The notes under the pieces are model-generated. The model ran no database searches. It saw only the letters and a list, made by a program, of their open reading frames with translations, and had not been told where the DNA came from. Of a DNA stretch of 63,479 nucleotides, positions 48,780 to 61,200 are shown piece by piece. Each line of letters begins with the position of its first letter. The first letter of the stretch is position 1. The translations under genes and the position numbers were made by a program. Source of the stretch: Rhina ancylostomus (taxonomy: Eukaryota). The stretch spans positions 120,421,817 to 120,485,295 of the forward strand of contig JARFYF010000052.1 in NCBI GenBank assembly GCA_030265395.1, written 5' to 3'.

Positions 48780-49975
48780 TGAATCACAAATTTGATTGTT
48801 TTCTTGACAAGGTAAAAAGAGGATTAGTGAGGGCTGGGAACTAGTCCTGTTGACATGGCTTTTGACAAGATCCTGATTGGTAGGCTGGTCCAGAAGGTGA
48901 GATCACATGGGATCCAGGGTGAGCTTGCCAATTGGATACACAATTGGCTCAGTGGAAGGAGTCAGATGGTGGGAGTGGAGGATTGTTGTTCAGATTTGAG
49001 GCCTGCGACCAATGGTGTGCCGCATGGATTGGTGCTGGGTCCCCTGTTGTTTTTCATCTATGTTAACAATTTGGATGAGAACATAAGTGGCATGATTTGC
49101 AAGTCTGCAGATGATCCTAAAATTAGTGGTGTGGTGGACAGTGATGAAAGTTTTCTTAAGGTTACGACAGGATCTAGATCAACTGAGAAATTGGGCAAAG
49201 GAATGGCACATGGAACTTAACTCAGATGAGTATGAAGAAATGCAATTTGGGAAGTTAAACCTGTCATGGTTCTGAGTACTGGCCCTCAATTTGNNNNNNN
49301 NNNNNNNNNNNNNNNNNNNNNNNNNNNNNNNNNNNNNNNNNNNNNNNNNNNNNNNNNNNNNNNNNNNNNNNNNNNNNNNNNNNNNNNNNNNNNNNNNNNN
49401 NNNNNNNNNNNNNNNNNNNNNNNNNNNNNNNNNNNNNNNNNNNNNNNNNNNNNNNNNNNNNNNNNNNNNNNNNNNNNNNNNNNNNNNNNNNNNNNNNNNN
49501 NNNNNNNNNNNNNNNNNNNNNNNNNNNNNNNNNNNNNNNNNNNNNNNNNNNNNNNNNNNNNNNNNNNNNNNNNNNNNNNNNNNNNNNNNNNNNNNNNNNN
49601 NNNNNNNNNNNNNNNNNNNNNNNNNNNNNNNNNNNNNNNNNNNNNNNNNNNNNNNNNNNNNNNNNNNNNNNNGATTTAAAAGGAAAGATTTAAAAGGAAA
49701 GATTTAAAAGGAAAGATTTAAAAGGAAAGATTTAAAAGGAAAGATTTAAAAGGAAAGATTTAAGAGGGGCACAGAGAGTGGTGGGTATATGGAATGAGCT
49801 ACTTGAAGTGGTAGAGGCACATACAAATACAATATTTAAAAAATGGATGGATAGTAAAGGTTCAGAAGGATATGTCCCAGACACAGGCAAATGGGACTAG
49901 CTCAGGTAGGCAGTTTGATCAACGTGGACAAGTTAGGTTGAAGGGCCTGTTTCCCTGCTGTATAATTCTATGATT
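48780..49975 (+). mobile_element. CR1 LINE RT domain and 3' end (with gap)
   Basis: The peptide AFDKILIGRLVQKVRSHGIQGELANWIHNWLSGRSQ...GVPHGLVLGPLLFFIYVNNLD...SADDPKISGVVDS gives CR1 RT motifs. The 3' tail is gttgaagggcctgtttccctgctgtataattctatgattct. Confidence 0.9.
49673..49763. repeat. Tandem repeat of 14-mer gatttaaaaggaaa, at least 6.5 perfect copies, abutting a gap
   Basis: Directly visible inside the CR1 copy. Confidence 0.95.
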
Positions 49976-49999
49976 CTTGACTGTTAATCAGAGCCTTTT

Positions 50000-52900
50000 G
50001 TACCATGGTCAGTTTGAGACATTTCTGGAGCATGCACTGCAGGATCCCTTTGAGAGTGGCTTTGCAGACAAAGATATTCAGACAGAGTGCCTTCATTCAT
50101 GAGAGGTTGATTTCAAAGAGAACTGCAGAAAAGAGAGCACAAAGGACCTGAAGTTAATGGGCATGGGGGAGGTTTGGTCCCTATAGTATGCAGTGGAGCA
50201 TTGTATGTGTATGATGGAAAGTACAATAATTGACCTTTTGTGGAAAATCCCATGGTCACATGGGCATGAAGCTTGGAAAGTTCTGTTCTTAACAGTTATC
50301 TCCAGTGTAATTTGCTCTCCTATCAGTTGAACGAAACACATTGAACCGTTTAAAAAGAGCAGTTAAAAGTCTACAACCATGGATATTTACACCAGGAATA
50401 TTCCAAAGGCAGGAAGGCAGACTGGTGCAGTGCTTATGCAGAGGTGCTCTAAATGTGCTAGTGATGAACCAGGACCATGAAGCATGCACGCTTAATGGAA
50501 TCAACTCAGTACTTGCCACAGTGATCTTAAGACTACTATCATGTTAAGCAGTCATGAACTGGAGATGGACATTGATACAGCATTGGATTGCTCAGTGAGA
50601 CCTAAAACATGGAGACAGCCATTACTGGCCAACAGCAATTTCATGCTCTGAGGAAGCACTCTAGATTCTTGGCGAAATAACGTGTATGCCTTGCCCTGAT
50701 GGCAGTGAGAATAGGTTACCATAGATTGAGGCAAATTATATGCACAACTTGTGAAAGAGGTGTAAGCTATTATTTCTGGAGCTATCCATTTTTACACATT
50801 TATTTGGGATGATTCTTCATCTTGGTTACAGTTCACAAGCCTCTACTAGCCATCTTAGGCCCACAATCATTTATTCCAATCTTGCCGGACTACTGCCTAT
50901 ATTGTCAGGCTTTGCTAGTCTGACAGACTGTGGTGGATACCTTGTTGTGGCCCTGATATGAGAAGACAACCTCCTACTTTGAACCAAAAGTGTTTATGAT
51001 AGAGCCATTGACAAGACATTTCCAATCATAGCCGGCGAGAGAGACGGCCAAACAGCAAAATGACATGTTAGGAAAAGTCAATAAGCATATCCATTCAGTC
51101 TGACATGAGCCAGTAATGATGTCAAGGAAAACATTTGGCCATTTTGGTGAAGAGGGTCTGAGCTCAATGCACATCAGGGCTGGATAAAGCAGGGCCAATT
51201 CTCCAAAGATGTTACAGGCCTACGTCCTCTGTGAAATTAGTGCTCAACTCGTATATTTCACATATGTAGAGGATGGCTTGAGGTTGTGTATACTGGTTGC
51301 CAGTCAACTGGGATGTTGAGAATATCATGAAAAGAAAGAGATGGTCAACTTGAGTGTTTCAGTGGATGTATGTTGACTTTTTTGGGTATTTTCTGATTAT
51401 TTCCTCATTGTGAGGCACATTCACTTGAAATGACGTGAGGTGCCAACATTGGATCTCTGTGCCATCATGGACCAAACAGTTGAGGATCATGCTTTGGTCC
51501 TGGACAATAGCTTGAAGTTCTATTTGGATTTGTTGGATACACCCTAACCTCACTTTGCACCTTCTAATGACCCGTGTCATCCAACTTCCAAAGAGGAGGC
51601 TGAATGCTCTGTTCAGATTATGAAAGGTAAACTTGATGAAACAACTATTGATTTATCAGCAGCAGGGTTGCAGTATTTCTCCTTCCATGTAGGATGACAT
51701 CTCACTTGAGCACAGGACATTCCCCGCTGGAGATGCTGATGGAATATTGACTTAGCAAAATATATCCTGTGCCATCCAATTTGGAAGGAAGGGAAGAGGA
51801 GCATGAAAGGATGGTTTGCAGTATGCAAACAGGAAAAGTTCAAGGTGGCAAATCAAGTGAGGGTACCTGGATCTTCTGGGCAGGTGCACAGCCACAATGA
51901 GACAGTGGACCCATTGCAGAAATACTTGAGGCTGGTAATTATGAGTCAACTGCAGATGCAGGAAGGTTCATACAGGCCATTTGCTGTTGCTAGAGAAGAT
52001 AAAATTGCTGATGGACAGAAATACCAGTGCAGCAAGATTCTGCTGAGTGGTCATCATGGAGCAGAAAGAAGTAAAATATTAGCTTGAGATACAGTGTTAA
52101 TGGGATGTTACATTGAGTCTGAGAAAATGACTTACCAGCATCCAGAGCAGATGTTAAAGCACCGTATATATGACACAATAAGCCATTATTGCTTGAGAAG
52201 GCATTTCCTCACTGAAATTGCCGCCTGGACCAGCCACAACCCCAGTCATTGAATAACATGAGAATCGGTTTGGCAATATCTTTCAAAATTACTATTGCCT
52301 TGATTTTTTACAGGTTGGGTTTTTTTAGTGTACTTACAGTATCTTGCAATTTACTATGCAGGATTAGTCAATGACATATCTTTCAAGTGATCCAGGTATA
52401 TCCAGACAGCAGCAAATAAAAAGAACATGTAGATTCTAGAAGACTCTATAATTCTTTATAGTGCAGGATAGCCTTGTTTACATTCACATTATTCTGTGGC
52501 TGCCATATGTTCATTCAGACATGTGCTGTAATCTAAAGTGATTACACTCCTTCAATGTCTTAGCTGGACTGTGCACATACAAAGACCACAGCCTACATCT
52601 TTGCATTGGTCAAGATGCCTGTGTTCTGCAGCAGTCCACTGTACCATTTGTATCACAGCTACCATGACAAAGTAAACATTGGCAAATGAGATAAAGCTAT
52701 CGGTGAATGAAATGTCACAAACTTACACTGTAACACAATTGCACATCAGCATTGTGCATACAGTGAAAATGGTGGTGATGCATGAAATGTGGCAGAACAG
52801 ATTTATGCTCCATGGAGACATTTCCTCTTTTCTGAGGCAAAATCTCAGCAATTCCAGTCAGAGGATATTTATGGATATATATGCGTGTATGAATTCCATG

Positions 52901-53200
52901 ATACAATTTGACCATGTTGCAGCAGCCTGAGGTAATGTAGGAGGAAGCTGAGCTTTTATAGCTAGTGGGCTGTGTTTTCTGGACAGAATTCCAGGTTCGC
53001 ACTGTAGCACCCTGACATTGGGTGACTTCTGTTTGTGCTGCAAGGAGCAATGTCATCAATTGCTGTATGTTGGTTCAGTCCATGAGTGCGCTAATTGAAT
53101 TGCCCATCATATTCCTAGTTTGAAATGATGGGCAACAATCTGTGTGCAAGATCCTGTGAAAGGATGATACTGGATATTTTGTTCCTGCACATTGCACATA
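50000..53200 (-). mobile_element. Possible very old RTE-clade LINE
   Basis: Faint minus-strand remnants in the expected order: RTLMD and DDIA (APE start, ~53040-53095), a DC-H-like motif (~52620-52645) and LVHDG...FQVN (RT, ~51420-51490). There is no intact ORF. Confidence 0.3.
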
Positions 53201-53479
53201 GGTTTTCTGAACAGCATGCCAAAACAGTATGCCCAGATGTTTCATTGCACATATACATCAGCATGTTCCCATTGTTTTCCATCAACAAACTTTGAGTCCT
53301 CTACAGCAGAACCCATGTCAGAACTCATTCCATGGGGAGCTGACACTTGCACTGTTCTTTTCCCTTGTCCAAGCTGCAGTCCACCTGTCTCCGGTATCCC
53401 ACCACATATAAATCCACATCTAAAGGCCATTAATGGCTTGAAGTTTCAATATCTGAGCTGGTGGCAAGAACATTAAAGC

Positions 53480-54118
53480 AAACTGAATAAGAGTTTTTTC
53501 AAAGAAGCCAGTGAGGAAATTGCAGAGGCCCTGGCTACAATTTTTCAATCCTTTCTGGCTGCAGTGCCAGAGGTGTGGAGGATTACTGATATATTGTTTA
53601 AAAAAGGGAAGAGGGGATAAACCAAGTAATAACAGGTCAGTTAAATTATCTTCAGTGGTGAGCAAGTTATTGGGATTCGTTCTGAAGGTATAAACCTTTG
53701 TTTAGAAAGGCACAAATTAATCAAGGGCAGCATGGATTTGTTAGGGGAAAGTCGTGTCTGACTAACGTAATTCAATTATTTTTGAGGAGCTAATGAGGAG
53801 GGTCGATTAANNNNNNNNNNATTTGTAGCAGTCTGCATAGATTTTAGCAAGGCTTTTAACAAAATATTACATGGCAGGCTGGTCAAAAATTAAAAGGGAG
53901 AGTGCAAATTTGATCCAAAATTAACTCGGCAGCAGTAAACAAGGAGTAATAGCTGATGGGTTCTTTTGACTGGAAGGCTGTTACTAATGGAGTTCTACAG
54001 GCCTTGGTACTCAGGCTTTAGTGTTTTGTAATGTATATTAATGATTTAGACTTAAATGTAGGGAGCATGATAAAGAAGTTTGGAGATGCTACAATAATTG
54101 GCCATGTGGTTGATAGCT
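53480..54118 (+). mobile_element. CR1 LINE RT fragment, decayed
   Basis: KKGRGDKPSNNRSVKLSSVVSKLL, cagcatggatttgttaggggaaagtcgtgtctgactaac (QHGF..GKSCLTN), gattttagcaaggctttt (DFSKAF). Confidence 0.85.
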
Positions 54119-54349
54119 CATGATATCAGGTAGGCATCCTGACCATAAAAACTTATTAGTGAATCATTGAGGTGTGTGGCATTAAGTGACATCTCATCGC
54201 AGTGGTGGATGTGACAGATGAAAGTGCCCTTGACTACACTTGTCACATCACTGAGCTTCTTGTAATATTTCAACCAGATTCTTAGTTCTTGACTTCTGAT
54301 CCATAGGCATGTTTTCCTGTTACGTAACAAAATGTGACTTGACATTTTA

Positions 54350-54850
54350 TGGAGTCATAGATGTGTACACCACAGAAATGGGTCCTTCAGCCCACCACGC
54401 CCATGCCAACCTTTCTGCCTATCTATTACTAATTCAATTTGCCACAATAGGTCCTCCTCCTTCTGTATCTTGTCTATTCAGGTGTGTACCTAATTGTATC
54501 TTAAACATAGTGATCATATCTGGTTCCACTACCTCCTCCAGCAGTGTGTTCCAGACATCAGCTAGTCTCTGTGTAAAATAAAACTTACCACTCAGATCCC
54601 CTTTAAAATTCTTTCCTCTTGTTTTTGATAGTCCCACCATCAGGAGAAAGATTCTGACTATCTATCCTATCCACGCCTTTTATAATTTTATATACCTCTT
54701 TCAGATCGTCCTTCAGCCTTCCTGCAATCCAAGGAAAACAAGTCCAACCTATTCAATCTCTCTCCATGATAATAGACGTCCAATCTAGGCAACATGCTGG
54801 TGAATCTCTTCTGCACTGTCTCCAGCACAACCGCATCTTTCTGACAGTAT
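54350..54850 (-). mobile_element. CR1 LINE 3' end
   Basis: Peptides KDAVVLETVQKRFTSMLPRL...ERLNRLDLFSL and KTRGKNFKGDLSGKFYFTQRLADVWNTLLEEVVE. Confidence 0.85.
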
Positions 54851-55059
54851 GGGTCTTCTAGTCCCTCAGTAATACAGAAACATCTCCCTTCTCCACTTTC
54901 ACAAATTAAAAAGCTCCCAAGGCAGCTTTGCAACCAGTTTTAGTGCACAGTGCCAAGTCAATTAGAATGTCACGATTACTTCCACAAGGATTTTCACTCC
55001 TGCAGCCTCAATGCAGTTTCTCTTTAAGAGAACTTTTTAAGAGAAACTACCTAGCTTTA

Positions 55060-55540
55060 GGTAGAAAAAACATGATGATGCTGGAGGAACTCAGCAGGTC
55101 AGACAGCATCCGTGGAGAAAAGCAGGTGGTCAACATTTTGGGTCAGGACCCTTCTTNNNNNNNNNNNNNNNNNNNNNNNNNNNNNNNNNNNNNNNNNNNN
55201 NNNNNNNNNNNNNNNNNNNNNNNNNNNNNNNNNNNNNNNNNNNNNNNNNNNNNNNNNNNNNNNNNNNNNNNNNNNNNNNNNNNNNNNNNNNNNNNNNNNN
55301 NNNNNNNNNNNNNNNNNNNNNNNNNNNNNNNNNNNNNNNNNNNNNNNNNNNNNNNNNNNNNNNNNNNNNNNNNNNNNNNNNNNAGAAGAGAAGCAGCATG
55401 GTGGTGGGGGGGGTGCGGGTTTGTGGGGAAGGGGGGTGGGGATTACCTAAAGCGGGAGAATTCAATATTCATGCCGTTAGGCTGCAAGGTTCCAAGATGG
55501 AAAATGAGGAGCTGTTCCTCCAGTTTGCGCTTGGAATTCA
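55060..55540 (-). mobile_element. Penelope-like element 3' end: GIY-YIG ORF C-terminus, 3' UTR (gap) and terminal repeat
   Basis: The minus strand of 55444-55533 reads KRKLEEQLLIFHLGTLQPNGMNIEFSRFR*, a PLE-type ...E..I..L.T..P.G.N ending. The terminal repeat at 55060-55156 matches the 171-379 arms and carries a hammerhead-like stem II. Confidence 0.8.
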
Positions 55541-55639
55541 TTGAAAGTTAATATGTGGGTTCAGCTGACCACCAAGGTTCCTCTGTGTGTCAGACAACTG
55601 CTTATCAGAATCCATGTCCCTGTTTTTGGGATCTCTCCA

Positions 55640-56350
55640 ATTTAGCTTCGTAGGCATTGTGGAGAAGCAAAGGGATTCATGTATCATGCACAACAATCAC
55701 TAAAATATAATGCTCAGTTGTAAAGAGAGCTAATTAATGGTGGCCATGTCTCCAGCGACTGGAATACCAAATTGAATGAAGCAATGCTTCATTGGTATAG
55801 ACCTTTCGTCAATTATCATTCAGCGCACTATTTTTATTTTTAGCTATCACAATTTATGAAGGGTATATTGGCATTGGAAAAGGTTCCATACAGATTGACC
55901 CAAACTACACAGTGTGAAATAATCAAATTTGAGGACGTAGCATGTGAACTTGTTTCCTATTCTCTTGAGTTTAAGAGGGTCAAGGGTGATCTAATTGAGG
56001 TATTTAAAATGATAAAAAATTTCAGAGGGTAGATTAAAAAGATGTTGTTTTATCTCCTGGGGAATCCCAAGTCAGCAAGCCTAATCTTAAAATAGACCAG
56101 GCCATCAAGGAATAGTGTCACGAACTGCATTTTCACACTAAGTGCAGGAGAAGTCTGGAATACTGAACAGTAAAAGGCTATGGACACTAGGTTAATTGAT
56201 ATTTTCATGTCTGCGGTTGATACATTTTTGTTCAGTAAGCATTTCAAATGATTACATAACAAAGGCAGGTAAAATGGAGCTGAGGTACTGATTAGCCGCA
56301 ATCCAGCTGAATGGCAGAACAAATACCGAGCTGATGACTCTTACCTTCCT
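55640..56350 (+). mobile_element. CR1-group LINE 3' part, heavily decayed
   Basis: gcattggaaaaggttc (ALEKV), agggtgatctaattgaggtatttaaaatgataaaa (RGDLIEVFKMIK), tctggaatac. Confidence 0.65.
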
Positions 56351-56579
56351 CCAGTGCTTTAATCAACCTCTGATCTCACAGAGAAATGGTAATGATTGGA
56401 AGGAATGCTGCATTCATTTGCAAGTTTGATGACTGGTTGTATCACCAATGTTAATATGTAAGAGTTTAAACTTATCTAAGATTGTTTGAAAATGAAAGAT
56501 CATCGGTAATAATGGGTAGGAACAAACATATGTTTCAACAGTCCCATACTGATTATTTCCTATATCCCATCTTTGATGT

Positions 56580-56765
56580 GATCATTTCCTCTCTCTCTTT
56601 GCCAAAATTTGACATCATGCCTGGAGTACTGTGCACAGTTTTGGTGCCCTTATTTAAAAGATGATATAACAGCACTAGAGGCAGTCCAAAGGAGATTCAG
56701 CAGACTAATTCCGGATGAGAGGGTTGCGATCATTTCCTCTCTCTCTTTGCCAAAATTTGACATCA
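56580..56765 (+). repeat. Perfect 38-bp direct repeats (56580-56617, 56728-56765) flanking a 110-bp internal CR1 ORF2 fragment
   Basis: gatcatttcctctctctctttgccaaaatttgacatca occurs twice. The insert translates CLEYCAQFWCPYLKDDITALEAVQRRFSRLIP. Confidence 0.9.
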
Positions 56766-56794
56766 GAATAAAATCCCAAAGTGCACTGGTGCCT

Positions 56795-58235
56795 ACATAA
56801 GAACATGCATACAAATTAGCAGTAAGAGTAGGTCACTCTATCCCATTCTACCTTTTGATAAAACTACGACTGATCTCATTGTAATTTCAACTTTGCATTC
56901 CCCACTTTCTCTGACAACCTTTAACCAACATGTTCAGGAAGAATCTATTTACCTTTGTCATAAAAATGTTCAAAGACTCTCTCTCCACTGTCCTGTGAGG
57001 AAGGGTTCCAAAGACTCACTACCCTCTGAAAGAAAAGAAACTGCATTTCATCTCTTATCTTTAATGTCTGATGACTTATTTTTACTCAACAACCCCTAGA
57101 TCTCTATTCTCCCACAAACAGAACCATCTTCTCCATCCAGTCAAGACCTCTCAGGATCCTCTGTGTTTCAATGAAGTCTCATTTCACTTTTCAAAATTTT
57201 TTAACAACCTTTCCTCAAAGGACAACCCACCCATTCCAGATATTAGCCCAGTAAACCTTCTCTGAACTGCTTCCANNNNNNNNNNNNNNNNNNNNNNNNN
57301 NNNNNNNNNNNNNNNNNNNNNNNNNNNNNNNNNNNNNNNNNNNNNNNNNNNNNNNNNNNNNNNNNNNNNNNNNNNATTGACGTCCTTCCGCAAATAAGAA
57401 GACCAGTACTATGCTCAGTACTCCAGATGTGGTCTCACCAATGCCCAATATAACTGAAGCATAACATTCCTATTTTTGCATTCAATTCCCCTTACAATAA
57501 ACAATAACATTTTGTTAGCTTTCCTAATTACTTGTACCATCTGCATACTGGCCATTTGTGAATCATGCACTGGGACATTCGGATCCCTCTGCATCTCAGA
57601 GCTTTGCAGTCTGTCACCAATGCTGTTTTCATTTTACTTTTCCCATCAAAATGGACAATTTCACATTTGTCCACACTATATTTCATTTGCCAGATTTTTG
57701 TCCATTCACTTACCTGTGTGGCCTCCGTAATATCGCTACAATTTACTTTTCTAGCTTTCTATGTGTCCACAGTGAATTTGTAACCATATCTTCGATGCCA
57801 AGTCTTTTACATAAGTTGCAAAAAGTTGAGGTCCCAGTATCAGTTGCTGTGGTATACCTCTTGTTAGATCTTGCCAACTGGAAAACCTATTTATGCTTAC
57901 TGTTTCTGTTTGTCAGCCAATCTTTTATCAATATGTTACTTCCCACACTATAAACTTTTATTTTCCATAATATTCTTTGTGGCACCACAGCAAATGCCTT
58001 CTGAAAATCTAAGTGTAGAACATCAACCAGTTCCTCTTTATCTGCAGCATCTTCATTCAAAGAAACACAAAAAAATGGTCAAATATGATTTTATTTTCAC
58101 CAAACCATGTTGACTAAGCCTGATTACTTTGAAATTTTCAAAGTGACCTGCTCTACAGTCTTTGATAATAGCATCTGATATTTTTGTTAATGATAAATGT
58201 TAAGCTAACTGGCCTGTAGTTTCCTGCTCTATCTC
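56795..58235 (-). mobile_element. CR1 LINE ORF2 3' half, decayed (with gap)
   Basis: acataagaacat terminus, minus-strand EAVQRRFTGLISGMGGLSFEERL, and reverse-complemented QHGF and NYRPVSL motifs at ~58100 and ~58210. Confidence 0.8.
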
Positions 58236-61200
58236 CCTTTCTTTTTGGTAAAAAAAAGAGCTACAAATTATTCAACTTGTTTGCATTTCCTTTTAAATTA
58301 AGATTGTCCTTCAGCTTCAAATTGTGGGCATTTTTGTGCTGTGGGCATTGACTTCTGGAAACTAGACTGAGTCAAGTCAATTTATTTCCCCGAGAATTCT
58401 TTCAAACACAAGGTTATACCTTCACTTCAAAAGCCTGGTTTAAAATCTGGCCTCAAGCATTAAATAACAGTGGTGCAAACCTACTCTGGCACTTGGTTTC
58501 CTTTTTAAATTGTTTCTTAAATAACGGGCTCAAACTATTTACTTTTTGCCAGCAGTTCTGAAGAGAACCAGTTGCAACATTCTTTGTATGCCCATTTCAT
58601 TTCTGACCTTGTGCCTGTGCAATGCAGGGATGAGCTGAAGGTCAGAGGTTGGTATTCCTGACCTCCTGCTCCACCACTAAATCGGTGGTGAGTAAAGAGG
58701 TGGGGCACAAATGCTTGAGCTGAGGGGTCAGATGCATTTAACGTCCAGCCCCTAAGCCTTATACCAGGCATTGCAAGCATGCAGAGTCTGGCCTCCTTCA
58801 CTAGATTGGGGTCGCTGAACTTGACTGAAAAGATGTGTGATTTGTGTCTTTTTTCTTTTCCTTCTCAAATTCTAATACTTATCCATTTCATTTTTAAGTG
58901 GTAATCTTTTTTATTATTTAGATCCATTTCAATCTTCTTTAAATATCTGTGAACAGCAGAGACATGTAAAAACTATTGGAAAGCCTTCACAAGCAGCAAG
59001 CTGTCAAAGGGTGAAAATAGTACTCTGGGGGAAGTTCATCTGAGGCCTGTTCTCTATTGTGAGATGCTGGCATTTTGAACCATGGGACCCCCAAAAATAA
59101 GTGTGGCTGAGGGAAAAGCAAATGGGTGAGCATGCATAATGGGCAGAATTAATCACGATATGGCCTTCTGTAGCTTGATATTCCTTTGAATTGCAATTAT
59201 TGCTGTTGCTGACATCAAAGAAGTGGGGACTGTAGTTTTGATTTGCAATGTAAATCGAAATTGGTTGAGGAATGTAGCAACAGGTAGCTGATTTGACATC
59301 ACCAATTTCAAAATGTAAAAATGTCTCCTGAAACATATAAGGAACATATGGAACATGAAATATGTATTCACAACCTGATCTTGTCACTTCACAGAACAAG
59401 TAGGATTTGCTCTGATTGAAATTTGCACACCTACTCAGTCTCCTGAGGAAGGCAATCAAGATCTGACATTTCTCCCAGTTCTAAATGATAAATCAAACCA
59501 TACATAAAGATATTAATCCATTCTTACAATTTGCGCTGTTCTACTTTGAGCAATTGCTTTTCATAGATGACTCAGCCACAACACAATTGTGTTCTACAAA
59601 GCATTTAATCATCTGTTTTCATACATATCCCTGTGGGGTTTGATTCCATTGTTAATGAGGTACTGTCTATCTTTTCTTCAAAGGGTTAATATTAAAGGGT
59701 TTTTGACAAGCTTCTATTCTAGATATTTATTTCTCATAAATGTCTTCAAATCTCACATCTTCTTTGAAGCTTGTTAACATCACGCCCATATCCTCTCATA
59801 GCACGTTTGTAGTCAAAGTAACCTGCCCAAATTCATTTGACTTTCATTTTCCATAACATTGTTTCCTTAATGTCCTTTTCTCCAATGGAAGCAACTTGAC
59901 CTCTGAGTCTTGCTTCACATGTTTTTGCCGTTCATTACTTCTCCCATATACCAGTGTCCTTTTGCAGTTATGTTGCCCAGTCAGTATAGATCCTGATTCT
60001 AGATGGTGAAATGAATTTTACTTGCAATTAAGTTTCTTCCAGATGTAACCAGTCCTAACTGGCAATAACATTGCAGTGATTAGATATTCTAGTAAATACA
60101 ACAAACTGTAATTCTTATCCACCCATTTATTTTATTACTAATGTTTCTTTGCTGTCATTTTTATTTAACCTTTGCTGAAAGAAACTTGTAATTTTTAGCT
60201 GATCGATTTGATTTTTCCATGTCTCAGAATGTTATTGGAGATGTACCTCTAAAGCACCTTTACTACATTAATGGAATGTGGTATATGGGTGGGGATCAGA
60301 ACTGTGGAGGCAAGGGCTGTGGGTGGTCTGTGGATGACATGGTAAGTAACAAAATAAAAGGGGATATGTACAAACTGAGTTCCCAGGTAGCTCTAGAGAT
60401 GTCTCCAAGTTGTGCAGAAGCAGGCTTCACAAGCACTGTGAAAAACTATTTCTGCAGGGGTAACCTGTGGCTTGCACAGGTTACTCTGAGATGAATAACA
60501 ATTGCTCTGATGCAAATAACAATTGCTCTGATGCCACTGCAGGTGTCTGGGGTCTTTTGTGGATCATGGTGTAAGTCCTTAAATTTTGTTCTCTGTTTTT
60601 CCGTCGAAATTAGATCACATGGTGCCCAAAAATGTGGAAATCTATTTCTTGGGCAAGATTGGTTCTGGTGACTCAGGGATCCAAAATGATAGTAGGTGGA
60701 CAGAAGATTGAAAGCAGGAGAAACCTTTCACATGGGATTTTGAGGTTTCAGAATATACTACCAAAGCTAATGTTTGAAATAAAGGCTATGTCAAAACGTA
60801 CAACTAGATTTAGGATTGTTGAATCATTGACTTGTGATGGCACCAGAAGAGGCTATTGGGTCTATTGAGGCTCTGCTTGCACCTGATAGGCCAATCCCAT
60901 CAGCTCCATTGTGCTGGTCACAAAGTTAAAGAAGTGGTTGAAGCAATGGGACATGCAAGTGCTCCTGGGTTGAGACTTGAAGTTACCTGGAAACTTCTGG
61001 ACCAGTTTGAGCATTTTCATCTAGGGATTCCTATGATTCAGTGAGACTGTGATATTTTCTAAGGAGGTTTTGAAACTTAAGGAGATTTTCTCTGTCCAAG
61101 TGTACTTGCCAAATATAATTAATGAGAACTTTTCAAAAGTAATAACAATGCTGTCTAGGCTAATTTTTTTAGAACGACTGAAGTAAGGGCTTACAAGCTA

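Noticed and set aside
59004-59459. 151-aa minus-strand ORF
   Set aside because: No motif, no codon bias and no splice support. It looks like a random intronic ORF.
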